A stretch of 64,000 bases of DNA from Vulcanimicrobiota bacterium (GTDB lineage Bacteria > Vulcanimicrobiota > Xenobia > Xenobiales > JADMJV01). The translations under genes and the position numbers were made by a program. Where the stretch lies: positions 3,186,981 through 3,250,980 of the forward strand of contig JBFWNU010000001.1 of assembly GCA_050250895.1 (NCBI GenBank). The letters run 5' to 3'. The notes below the pieces were generated by a model. It was not told where the DNA came from and made no database searches. It saw nothing but the letters and a program-made list of their open reading frames with translations. Of the stretch, positions 19,242-29,000 are shown one piece after another; within the stretch, counting starts at the first letter, position 1; each line of letters opens with the position of its first letter.

Positions 19242-20332
19242 TGAGTAGCGTCGTCCTTCGCCAGCTGGTCAAGAGCTTCGGCAGCAATCTGGCTGTCGAT
19301 CATATCGATCTCGACATCGGTCAGGGGGAGCTGTTCTCGTTGTTAGGCTCGAGCGGCTGTGGCAAGACCACCACCCTGCGTTGCGTGGCCGGGCTCGAAC
19401 TGCCCACTTCGGGCGAGATTCTCTTCGGAGAAGAGAACGTGGCCCAGGTGCCTCCCTATGACCGTGACTGTGGTATGGTCTTTCAGAACTACGCCCTCTT
19501 TCCTCACATGAGCATCGCCGATAACGTGGCCTATGGCCTGATGGCCCGGCGTTTTCGAGGGAGTGGCCTGGGCGGTCGCATCAGCGCTTTGCTGCGGACC
19601 GTCTTTTCGGCCATTCCTGACGAGGAGAAAAAGCAGGTCCACGAGGCCCTCGACATGGTCGAACTCAAGGGCTATGAAGACCGTCGCCCCACTCAGCTCT
19701 CGGGCGGACAACAACAGCGCGTGGCCCTGGCTCGGGCCCTGGTGACGCGTCCCCGCGTCCTGCTGTTCGATGAGCCGCTCGGCGCGCTTGACGCCAAGCT
19801 CAGAGTGAAGATGCGCGAAGAGATTCGGCGCATCCAAAAGCGGGCCGGCATCACCACTCTTTACGTGACCCACGACCAGGAGGAGGCCCTGGCCATCTCC
19901 GACCGCATCGCTGTCATGAACAAGGGCAAGGTGGTCCAGATGGGCAGTCCTGAGGACCTTTACCTGCGGCCGCGTTCGCGCTTTCTGGCCGATTTTATCG
20001 GCCTCACCAACATCTTCGAGTCGGAGAAGGCGGAAGGGGGAGTGCGCATCAAGTCGGGGCCCTTGCTCAAGACCTCGGCCAAGGCCGAGAGCGCGCCGGC
20101 CGTGGCCGTGCGCCCCGAGGCCATCCGCTTTGGCGACCAGGGCGACAACGTGCTGGAAGGCACCGTCAATCTGAAGATGTTCATGGGGACGACCGTCAAG
20201 TATGTGGTCTCGGTTGGCGGCCAGGACTTCGTGGCCGCCATTCCTCAGGCCGAGGCCGATTCGGGAGTGGCCAGTGGCGACACGGTCAAGTTGAGCTTTC
20301 CGGCTGAGGACGTGCTGGTGCTGGCCGAATGA
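19241..20332 (+). CDS. ABC transporter ATP-binding protein (PotA/FbpC-like, TOBE domain)
   Basis: GSSGCGKT, LSGGQQQR, LLFDEP, VTHDQEEA. Confidence 0.9.
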   Translation: MSSVVLRQLVKSFGSNLAVDHIDLDIGQGELFSLLGSSGCGKTTTLRCVAGLELPTSGEILFGEENVAQVPPYDRDCGMVFQNYALFPHMSIADNVAYGLMARRFRGSGLGGRISALLRTVFSAIPDEEKKQVHEALDMVELKGYEDRRPTQLSGGQQQRVALARALVTRPRVLLFDEPLGALDAKLRVKMREEIRRIQKRAGITTLYVTHDQEEALAISDRIAVMNKGKVVQMGSPEDLYLRPRSRFLADFIGLTNIFESEKAEGGVRIKSGPLLKTSAKAESAPAVAVRPEAIRFGDQGDNVLEGTVNLKMFMGTTVKYVVSVGGQDFVAAIPQAEADSGVASGDTVKLSFPAEDVLVLAE

Positions 20333-22260
20333 GGAAGCTGCTTTATGCAGTGGTGGGGGTCTTTCTTCTTCTTTTCATGGTCTTGCCCATCACCAGTCTG
20401 TTGCTGGCGGGCTTCACCGGCATCCCGATTCCCATCGTAGGCTTTCTGGCCGACGGCGATCCCGGGGGGCTCGTCTCGGCCATCTCGGATTCGGCCAGCT
20501 GGCAGTTCTATCGCGAGTTCTGGGAGACACCTCGCTATCGTCAGGGTCTATTCAACTCGGTGGGGCTGGTGCCGATGGTGGCAGTGGCCGCCTTTCTCTT
20601 TGGCCTGGGCGTGCGCAAAGCCCTGGGAGCCCACCACCCCGTGGCCCGCCTGGCCGGGCTGCCTCTGACGGCCGCGCTCAGTTTGGGCACCATCGCCTGG
20701 GCTATCGGTTGGCCCAGTCTGTTTCCCAATTCGTCGCTAGGGCCGATTCTGGCCGGCGCTCCCGAGTGGAAGCTGCGCCTGCTGCAGAGTCTCGGTTACT
20801 GTCCCATGGTGACCCTTTGCTCGACAGCCATCGGCGTGGCGGTGGCCTTTGCCTTGCGCCGCACCAACATGCCGGCCCGCGAGTTCTTCCGCATGCTGAG
20901 CATCCTGCCGCTGTCGATGCCGCCGTTCCTGGGCGCTCTGGCCTTTCGGAACCTGATGGGAAACACGGGTCTGCTCACCAATCTGCTGCACTCGGTGGGC
21001 CTGTCCCACCCCTTCTCGGCCCAGTCGCCGGTGTCGGCGGGCATCGTCCAGTCGTTTCTGTTTTTCCCCTTCGTGGTCTTGACCACGGTGGCGGCCCTGG
21101 ACCGCTCGGATCCCACCCTGGGTGAGGCGGCCGAGGTGATGGGAGCCCGCAAGGGCTTCGCCTTCTGGACCGTCCATCTGCCGGTGCTGATGCCGGGCAT
21201 CTCGGCCGGAGCCTTCCTCATCTTCATTCGCAGCTTCGGCGATTTCGCCACCCTCAAGCTGCTGCTGCCGATCCAGTACTCCATGATCGTGGTCGAGGCC
21301 TATCGCGATCTCTCCGGCAACACCTATTGGGGTGGCGCCAGCATGCTCAGCTCGATCATGATCGCTGTGATTTTGACCATTCTGGCCCTGCAGAAGTACT
21401 TCGTCGAGCGCGGGACCTACGAGACCGTGACGGGCAAAGCCGGCGGCTCGAGCCAGCTCAAGTCGCGGCCGCTGGTCGACGGGCTGGCGCTGCTGTTTTG
21501 CCTGGCCGTGTTCGCCGTGCCCATCCTGTTCTTGTTTTCGACCGCGCTCTCGTCAGTGGCTCAGAATTGGGGCACCGAACTGTTGCCGCCCTCCTACACC
21601 TTCAGTCGCTATAGCCGCATCTTTGGCGAGCTTTTCGGCGAAGACAGCTCCCCTTTGTTGAACTCGTTCTTGCTCACCCTGCCAGCTCTCGTGGGCACGG
21701 TGGTGATGGCCTTCATCGTGGCCTATCTCATCTCGCGCACCAAGCATTGGACCGGCCAGGCCCTCGACTTCGCCACCATGCTGCCCTTCGTGGTTCCGGG
21801 CGTGGCCTTTGCGGTGGCGCTGATCGGCGCCTTCAACGCCCCGCCCATGGAGCTTCACTTCACGGCCACGCTGGTGGTGCTGGCCTATGTGGTCACCCGC
21901 GTGCCCTACGGCGTGCGCTCGACGCTGGCCTCGTTCCAGCAGATCGGCACGTCCATGGAAGAGTCGTCGAAGACCATGGGCGGCACCGACATCTTGACGC
22001 TCTTCAAAGTGACCGTGCCGCTGGTGTTGCCGGGGGTGCTGGCCGGCGCCATTATGGTCTTCATTTCGTGTATGCAGGATGTGGCCATCACCCTGATGAT
22101 CTCGCCTCCCGACTGGTATCCCGCTTCGGTGTTCGTCTTCCACGAGATCGAGGCGGGCCGCATGTTCGACGCCTCGGCCTACGGCATCGTACTGCTGTTT
22201 TTGATCATGATCCCCTACGCCATCGCCTTCAAGCTGGGCGGCGTCCGCAGCGACCTTTAA
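20329..22260 (+). CDS. ABC transporter permease (FbpB-like, two EAA loops)
   Basis: EAAEVMGA and EESSKTMGG motifs. Confidence 0.9.
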   Translation: MRKLLYAVVGVFLLLFMVLPITSLLLAGFTGIPIPIVGFLADGDPGGLVSAISDSASWQFYREFWETPRYRQGLFNSVGLVPMVAVAAFLFGLGVRKALGAHHPVARLAGLPLTAALSLGTIAWAIGWPSLFPNSSLGPILAGAPEWKLRLLQSLGYCPMVTLCSTAIGVAVAFALRRTNMPAREFFRMLSILPLSMPPFLGALAFRNLMGNTGLLTNLLHSVGLSHPFSAQSPVSAGIVQSFLFFPFVVLTTVAALDRSDPTLGEAAEVMGARKGFAFWTVHLPVLMPGISAGAFLIFIRSFGDFATLKLLLPIQYSMIVVEAYRDLSGNTYWGGASMLSSIMIAVILTILALQKYFVERGTYETVTGKAGGSSQLKSRPLVDGLALLFCLAVFAVPILFLFSTALSSVAQNWGTELLPPSYTFSRYSRIFGELFGEDSSPLLNSFLLTLPALVGTVVMAFIVAYLISRTKHWTGQALDFATMLPFVVPGVAFAVALIGAFNAPPMELHFTATLVVLAYVVTRVPYGVRSTLASFQQIGTSMEESSKTMGGTDILTLFKVTVPLVLPGVLAGAIMVFISCMQDVAITLMISPPDWYPASVFVFHEIEAGRMFDASAYGIVLLFLIMIPYAIAFKLGGVRSDL

Positions 22261-22355
22261 CCAAGCAAGACGCGGCCGACGCGTTTGACGTGCCGGAAAT
22301 GGTCGTCAAAGGTTAGAATCACTGAATGGGTGGCTGCCGCGCAGGCGGCGATCAC
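22257..22355 (-). pseudogene. C-terminal remnant of PIN/VapC toxin
   Basis: IAACAAATHSVILTFDDHFRHVKRVGRVLLG* resembles VapC C-terminus (IAA...LLT-x-D-x-HF); no N-terminal part. Confidence 0.5.
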
Positions 22356-22445
22356 CGTCTGATTGAGAGACTGATGGCGACGGCTGGATTTCCGACTCAC
22401 CTGGCTTCGAGAGGGCTCCCAAGCCGTCCGAAGAATCCCATCCAT

Positions 22446-22796
22446 ATGGGCGAAGAGCGAAAGAAGCGGCGCGAGTTTCTGGCTGACCTGTTGTTCGTGG
22501 GCGGGGCCCTGACGGTGGGCACCTTTTTCACCGAGATGAACGAAGAGGCTCAGGGAGCCTATGACGGCTGGGTGTTTCCTGAAGAGATCGACAAGAAGCT
22601 CAAGGCGACTCCTCAGCCAGGGCAGCCCCGGCCCCAGCCTCGTCCTCGTCCCCGGCCCCAACCGAGGCCGCAGCCCACCCCGCGGGTCGACGGCGGGGTG
22701 AGCGTTCCCGAACCGCCCCTCGACGGCAAGGTCTGTCCCCCTCAGCCTAAATTGCAGGGCGACTACGTTCAGCCCAAGAGCGACAAGAGATCGTAG
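22446..22796 (+). CDS. Pro-rich small protein with twin-arginine-like N-terminus
   Basis: KRREFLADLLFVGGAL, then PQPR repeats. Confidence 0.6.
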   Translation: MGEERKKRREFLADLLFVGGALTVGTFFTEMNEEAQGAYDGWVFPEEIDKKLKATPQPGQPRPQPRPRPRPQPRPQPTPRVDGGVSVPEPPLDGKVCPPQPKLQGDYVQPKSDKRS

Positions 22797-22932
22797 TTGG
22801 ATAGGCGGCTGGGGTAGGCGCGGCTGATGGGTAGCGAGGTCAGCCAGTGCAGCGGCGGGGCCCAGGGTGCTCGCGCGTCTCGGCCGACGGGCCGGACCGA
22901 CCGAGCTGGGGACTGGCTGGGGCAGGGCAGCT

Positions 22933-24033
22933 CTAGAGCCGGCCCAGCCCCTGGGTGAGCAGGTCGGCGTAGCTGGGGCCTTTGGCCGCTTCGGCATCGG
23001 CGATGGCCAGATGCTCGGCGGCTTTGTCCCAGCCGGTGGCCCGGGCCAGCTCGACCTCGGGGCCGAAGAGGGTGGCCTCCGGGTCGCGGGCCTGGGGCAG
23101 GTAGAGGCTGACGCCGGTGGCCGTATCGCCGGGCTTGGCCCGGAACTCGGGCACCATCTGGTCGACCGCCAGCGAAAGGCCGCGACCGAGCTGCTCGAAG
23201 CCGGGCACCTGTCCGAGGTGCCGGGCGAAGTCGCCCAGGTCGATGCGCGGACCGGGATATTCCAGGTAACCCATCAAGATGTTGCCCTGGGCCTGCACCG
23301 CCCGCCGGCTGGCCAGGCTAGCCTGGCGAATCTGGTCAAGCGTCTCGGGGGTTGCCTCGAGGATGGCCTGGGAGAGGCGCGAGAGCGGCGCGCGCAAGCG
23401 TGCGGCGGCGCTCGTGTCAAGGGCGGCCAGGGTGCGAAAGCTCGAAGTCATGTCGGGGTGCTGGCTGTGCACCAGCCGTTGGGCCAGCTCGGCTCCGTCG
23501 CGGGACTGGGCGGCCGTCTGGGCCAGCAAGGTGAGGGGGCAGCCCGAGCGCACCACATCTTCGGAGGCCAGCACCAGGCCGGCCCGGCCTTCGAGCTGAG
23601 CGGCCACCTCGGCGCTGCCCATCAGGCAGGCATCGAAAAAGACGGTGTCCACTCGGCCGGGAAAGCCGGCTTGCAGTTCAGCCAAATCAAGGCGGTCGGC
23701 GTGGGGCGTGTCGATGGCGACGCCCGCGTGACCCTCGCCGTGAGAGCTGATCACCACCAGGTAGTGCTCGGCCGGGTAGTTCTTCATGCCCTCGGCCAGA
23801 AACTCGCGCAGGCTGCTGGCTCGTCCGCTATTGAGCTGGGAGCGGGTGTGGCTGGGGCCGCCCACTACGAAGTCCTTGACCTGGTGGTTATCGAACTGGC
23901 GCACCACCACCTCGACCCCGTCGAGCGGGCCCTGCTCGACCAGCTCGTCCAGCCGGCGCTCGATATGACTGCTGAGGTCGTTGGCTCCGGCGGCGTAGAT
24001 CAAGACGGTCCATTGGCGCGGTTTTACCTGCAT
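22933..24033 (-). CDS. Clostripain-family (C11) cysteine peptidase
   Basis: WTVLIYAAGANDL, YPAEHYLVVISSHGEG (catalytic His), FDACLMG (catalytic Cys). Confidence 0.85.
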   Translation of the reverse strand: MQVKPRQWTVLIYAAGANDLSSHIERRLDELVEQGPLDGVEVVVRQFDNHQVKDFVVGGPSHTRSQLNSGRASSLREFLAEGMKNYPAEHYLVVISSHGEGHAGVAIDTPHADRLDLAELQAGFPGRVDTVFFDACLMGSAEVAAQLEGRAGLVLASEDVVRSGCPLTLLAQTAAQSRDGAELAQRLVHSQHPDMTSSFRTLAALDTSAAARLRAPLSRLSQAILEATPETLDQIRQASLASRRAVQAQGNILMGYLEYPGPRIDLGDFARHLGQVPGFEQLGRGLSLAVDQMVPEFRAKPGDTATGVSLYLPQARDPEATLFGPEVELARATGWDKAAEHLAIADAEAAKGPSYADLLTQGLGRL

Positions 24034-24068
24034 ACAACAGAGCTTGCCCTGGCTCTGTCACACCGGCG

Positions 24069-25112
24069 TTAAAGGTCCTGGACCAGGCGCATGAGGGGGA
24101 TCATGGTAGCCACGATCGTGAGACCGACCAGCACTCCCATCCCCAGCATCGTGAGGGGTTCGAGGGCGGCCAATAGCACCGTGGCCCGATACTCCATCTC
24201 GGTGTCGTAGATGTCGGCCACCTTGCCCAGCAGGCGGCCGAGTTCGCCCGATTCGTCTCCCACCTCGACCGCCTGTAGAAAGAGACGGGGAAAGAAGCGG
24301 GTGGCCTCGAGGGCGTTGGCGATGGTGGCTCCGTCGATGACCATGTTGACGGCCTCCTTGGTGCGCTCGCGCAAGCAGAGATTGCCGGAGGCATGACCGG
24401 CCAACTCGAGGGCGTGGTGCATGGGGATGCCGACATCGACCAGCAACTGCAGAGCCCGAGCGAAGCGGGCCGTGGCCAGGGCCTGAAGGGCCGCTCCCAG
24501 GCCCCAAACCGACATGGCGGATTCGACCAGGCGAAGTTGGACCTCGTCGTGTTTGAGGATTTGGCGAATGGCCCCGGCGATAGCGAGCACCAACAGGAAG
24601 AGACCGAGATAGGCCAGGGGAGTCGAGAGCAGATCCGAGAAGGTCATCATCACCCGGGTCAGAAGGGGCAACTCCACGTCCGAGCGGCGGATGACGCCAA
24701 AGAGTTCCCGAAAGAGCCAGGGTGGGATAAAGACGATAAAGAGAAAGCTGACGGTCAAGATGCACAGGGGATAGATCATGACGCTGCGCAGCCGAATGCT
24801 GCTCTCGTGGGCTTTTTCTTCGTGCACCGCCACGCGATCAAGCACCAGCGGTAGACTGCCGGTGACCTCGGCCACCCGAAACATCTGGCGATGCACCAGG
24901 GGGAAGATGTCCGGATAGCGGCAGATGGCCTTGTAGAAGGAGTGTCCCACTCGGATCGACTGGCTAATGCCCACCACGGCCGATTGCAGGGTCGGGTTGT
25001 CGAGCTGCGGGGCGAGTAAGGGAAGCCCCTGCTGCAGCGAGATGCCCGAGCTGAACATCACTGACAGACTGCGAAAGAGAACGGCCAGGTCGTGGTGAGT
25101 GACCCTAGACGT
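24069..25112 (-). CDS. pilC: Type II secretion F / PilC-family platform protein
   Basis: LAVLFRSLSVMFSSGI, AEVTGSL, GDESGEL, LEP; homology extends upstream of track start 25061 to an ACG at 25112 preceded by GGAGG. Confidence 0.8.
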   Translation of the reverse strand, partial: TSRVTHHDLAVLFRSLSVMFSSGISLQQGLPLLAPQLDNPTLQSAVVGISQSIRVGHSFYKAICRYPDIFPLVHRQMFRVAEVTGSLPLVLDRVAVHEEKAHESSIRLRSVMIYPLCILTVSFLFIVFIPPWLFRELFGVIRRSDVELPLLTRVMMTFSDLLSTPLAYLGLFLLVLAIAGAIRQILKHDEVQLRLVESAMSVWGLGAALQALATARFARALQLLVDVGIPMHHALELAGHASGNLCLRERTKEAVNMVIDGATIANALEATRFFPRLFLQAVEVGDESGELGRLLGKVADIYDTEMEYRATVLLAALEPLTMLGMGVLVGLTIVATMIPLMRLVQDL

Positions 25113-26091
25113 GGTGGACCTCCAATTCGACGCCAGGGCAGACTGCGGCTAGCAGCACGCGGGCGAGTCCCTCCTGGCTGATGGCCGCGGGCTGGCGCTC
25201 TACGAGCACGGCCCGTCGCACATCCTGATAGCTCAGGCCTCGGGCCTGAAGCTGGCCCAGGGCGGCTTGAAGGGGAGAAAGGCTCGGGTTGAAGGCTGCG
25301 TTCTCCAGGCAGGAGCCTGTCACCAGGGCCGTGTCGGTCGCGAGGGCGATGCCGGAGGGACAGTTGGAGTAGGGCGCATAGGCACGGACGGCCGCTTCCG
25401 CCGCGGCCGCGATAACGGCGTCGTCGCCGTCATACTCTAGCTCGTAGGGATGGGAAGCCAGCAGGGCGTTTTCGGCGCCGAGGTCCTCGGGACCGAAACA
25501 GTGCGGCAGCAGTTCGCTCAGGGTGGTTGGGGGCAAGCTCGGCAACAGCACTCGTAATTGGCTGGCGGCGGCCAGTTCGTTGAGGAACTGGCGCGAGTTG
25601 CCGCTGGGCGGGTCCGAGGCGGCCAGCGCGTCAAGGCCCGTCTCGCCGTTGTTGAGTGCCAACGAAAGCAAGCACTGCTCGGCGTGCAGGGTCTGGTTGA
25701 GCGGTTGACCGGGAAACTCGATGTTAAAGCCTAGATAAAGGGTGCCGCTGCTGCCTCGGCCCACCACCCCGACCCGAAAGCCCGAGATGGGAGCCAGGGC
25801 ATGGCCGCGGGCCACCAGCACCAGTTCGAGCATCAGTTGGTCGGTGGACAACTCGAGCTCCTGGCAAAGCTGCAGCACCCGGCTGGCTTCGAGCACGGTG
25901 TCACCCCCGAGCAAGGCCTCGAGCGAGGTGGTCAGAGTCGATTCTGGGGTCTTGAGCACGTGGGCCAGGTGCTGCCCGGCCACAGCCAGCGCTGCAGCGG
26001 TGGCCGTTCGCAAGCCCACCAGCCCGGTTCGCTGGAAATGATGGATCTGGTCGACCAGAGAAGTCTGGTCCTGGTCTTTTCTGGTTGTCAT
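25105..26091 (-). CDS. cdd: Homodimeric-type cytidine deaminase homolog lacking Zn-binding cysteines
   Basis: APISGFRVG, GFNIEF, HAEQ, YAPYS, ENAAFNPSLSPLQ; PCGHC motif is PSGNS. Confidence 0.8.
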   Translation of the reverse strand: MTTRKDQDQTSLVDQIHHFQRTGLVGLRTATAAALAVAGQHLAHVLKTPESTLTTSLEALLGGDTVLEASRVLQLCQELELSTDQLMLELVLVARGHALAPISGFRVGVVGRGSSGTLYLGFNIEFPGQPLNQTLHAEQCLLSLALNNGETGLDALAASDPPSGNSRQFLNELAAASQLRVLLPSLPPTTLSELLPHCFGPEDLGAENALLASHPYELEYDGDDAVIAAAAEAAVRAYAPYSNCPSGIALATDTALVTGSCLENAAFNPSLSPLQAALGQLQARGLSYQDVRRAVLVERQPAAISQEGLARVLLAAVCPGVELEVHHV

Positions 26092-26094
26092 GGT

Positions 26095-29000
26095 CTAACG
26101 CCGCCGGAAAAGTGAACTGAGGCGTCCGAGCGCCCCGGTGGGACGGTACACGTCCGCCAGGGTGATCTGTTCGGCCTCGGGGTCGAGTTCCCATTCCATT
26201 TCCCACAGTCGAACTGCCTCATCCTCCCCGCAAGTAAGATAGAAGCGGCCTTCGTGATCGGGGACGAAGCCGGACAGTCCCACCTGGTGGGATTTGAGCA
26301 CCTCCATGGTGTGCCCCGTATCGAGATCCCAAACGTGTAGGTGGCCGCCAGCATCGGCCGAGACGGCAAAACGCAACCGGCTAAACATGGCCATCGCCCG
26401 CACCGGCTGGGTGTGACCGATCAAGGTGAGGCGGCACTTGCCCGACTCGGTGCTCCAGAGCCGCAACACGTGGTCGGCACCGGCCGTGATGGCAAAGGCT
26501 CCGCCCTGGCCCAGAGCGGCCGCCGTGCAGCGCAGGGCCGCCGCGTCGTCCCGGCCGTCGGTTCTGAGGTGGCCGGGCTTGAGTAGCGGCTGCCCGGTGG
26601 CCACCTCCCATAAGAAGAAGTCGGGCCCGGTCACGGCCAGTTTGGCGTCTTTGGACACGGCCAGAAGTTGCTGCGAGCCGGACGGGGTCTTGATGGTTCC
26701 CGCCAGTCGTCGATTGACCAGATCCCAGTGATAGAGGGTTCCGCCAGCGTCGGCCCCGACCAGAATGGTGGCGTCGTCCGAGAGCTTGAGGTCGACCAGC
26801 CCGGGGGGCGGGCTCTCGAGCAACTCGCAGCGACCACTGTCGGGTTTCCAGACCCGCAGGCTTGGCTCATGGCAGGCCGAGACCAGCACGGCCCCGGTCT
26901 GGGAATACTCCAGTAGCTCCACGGGGGCGTCGTGGCCCCGCAGGGTCTGCAACAGCCGACCGCTGGCAAAATCCCAAAGTTTGATGCGATTCCCCTCGGC
27001 GGTGGCTACTCCCAGCCGTTTGGGGGCCAGGGCCAGCCGACCCTGGGTCAGGCGGCCCGCCTCGGTGGAAGCTCGGCGTTCCCACATCGCCTTGAGCTGT
27101 TTGCGGGGCAGCCGACGAGTCAGCTCGGCCTGCACCTCCAGGGCGGCCGGGTCCCGACCATAACCGGCCACTCGCCGGGCCAGGGCCAGGCGGTTGATGG
27201 CCGAGGAGTAGTCTCCCTCCTCGAGCTTCTTCTGGGCGGTGGCCAGCTCGCTCTGGTAGCGGGCCTTGCCGGATTCGGCCTCGGCGTGGGTCCGTCCTCG
27301 ACTCAAGGCCAGCGACCGGTCATAGACCCGGTGCTGCTCGTCGAACTCCCAGGCTACCAGCCGCCCCTCGGTGATGGCGGTCAGATAACGACGGGCTCGG
27401 GTCGTTTCCAGGGCGTCGGGAGGACCCTCCAGTCCCTGGAACGTTCGGATGCGTCGGCCGTTGACGAGGTCGGTCAGGCAGAGCTGACCCTGGCACCAGC
27501 TGACGTAGCTGTGCTCGTCCGCCAGAGCGGCTCCCCCCTCTCCCTCGCGGATCTTGCCGCCCCCCAGCTTCCAGACGCTGTGCCAGGTAGCGGATGCGCC
27601 TTGAAAGTGGACTAGCAGGTAGGACTCTTCCGGGCCGAGCTCCAGAGACAGCACCCGACCGCTGTGGGCCAGCTGCATTATCTCCTGGCCGCGGGCCAGG
27701 TCCCATACGCGCACCATTCCGTCCGAATGACCCGTGAGAGCGATGGCGCCCCGGCGAATCAGGGCCAGAGCGGTAGCCGCGGAGCCCAATTCGAGCTTCT
27801 GCAGTTCGTCGCCGGTGGGAGCGTCGCGCAGCACCATGCGTCCTGAGGCGTCGATAGCCAGGCACCGCTCGCCGTCGGGAGTGAAGATGGCTTGCTCGGC
27901 ACTGGTCGGCTCCTCGTAGACCACCAGCGGGTCGCCACTGGGCAGAGCCAGTAGTTCCAAACGAGTTCCCCCCGCCAGGGCCCTTCTGCCCTGCGGATCC
28001 ACCGCCAGGAAACGTCGTCCAGGCGGCAATTCGAGGATGGTTTGGCCGCTTTGCGCGCTCCAGAGTTGCCCTTCCGAGAACAACCATTGATTCTCACAGC
28101 AGATGGATGGGGGGTGTTCTATCTGCTGCTCGCGAGACCAGATTCCACGCCCGGCCGCCATATCCCATCCTTCGCAGCGATGTCGATCGCTGGCGAAGCA
28201 GCTGGTACTGCTGCCCACGGCCAACCATAGGGCTGGCTCGGCCCGGCGAAACTCATGGGCCGGAGTGGGTTCGGGAAAATAGATGCGGCCCTGGTACGAG
28301 CGCTTGCCGACGGTCGCCAGACGCTTGCGCAACACCGTCTCGCCGTCATCGGGCATCAGGGCCAGGGCTTTCTTGTATGCTTTCTCGGCCACGAAATACT
28401 TGGCCTGATAGGTGAGGGCGTCGCCGAGGGCGCGGTGAGCCGGTCCTTTCTCGGCCACTTCGGGATCGGCCAGGGCGCCGGTCAGGGCCGTCTGGGCCGC
28501 CACCGCGTCGCCGGCCTCGAGCCAGAACATCCCCTCGTACATCAGGGCCATGCCGCGATTGCTCTTCACCTGTTGGAGCCGTCGCAGCACTTCGTCTTGC
28601 GAGATCTCTCCATTGCGCCAGCGGGTGATGGCCGCGTTGTAGATGGTCTCGCAGTGACCGCTATCGTATTCGAGCGCTTTGCGCCAGGCCGCGTAGGCCT
28701 CAGAATACTTGCTCAACGACCACAGACTGACGCCTTTGTTGTTGAGAGCGTCGGCCCGCTGTTCGGACGGCCGGGGAACGGGTCGCTTATACGCCTCGCC
28801 CACCACCAGTTGAAACACTCCACTCAGACGTTGGCGTAGCTCGGCCATGGTGGCGGGGCGCTCGTCCGGAGACTTGGCCAGACACTTCGTGATGAGTTTG
28901 GCCAGCGCCTCGGGCAAGTCGGGACGAAACTCGCGTGGGTCAGGAGCTTTCTTGGATAGATGCCGCCCGATCAGAAGGGACGGCGGGACATCGCTCTTGC

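Noticed and set aside
18162-22260. Specific substrate or gene symbols for the ABC transporter
   Set aside because: Iron, polyamine, phosphonate and sugar-phosphate subfamilies cannot be separated by eye
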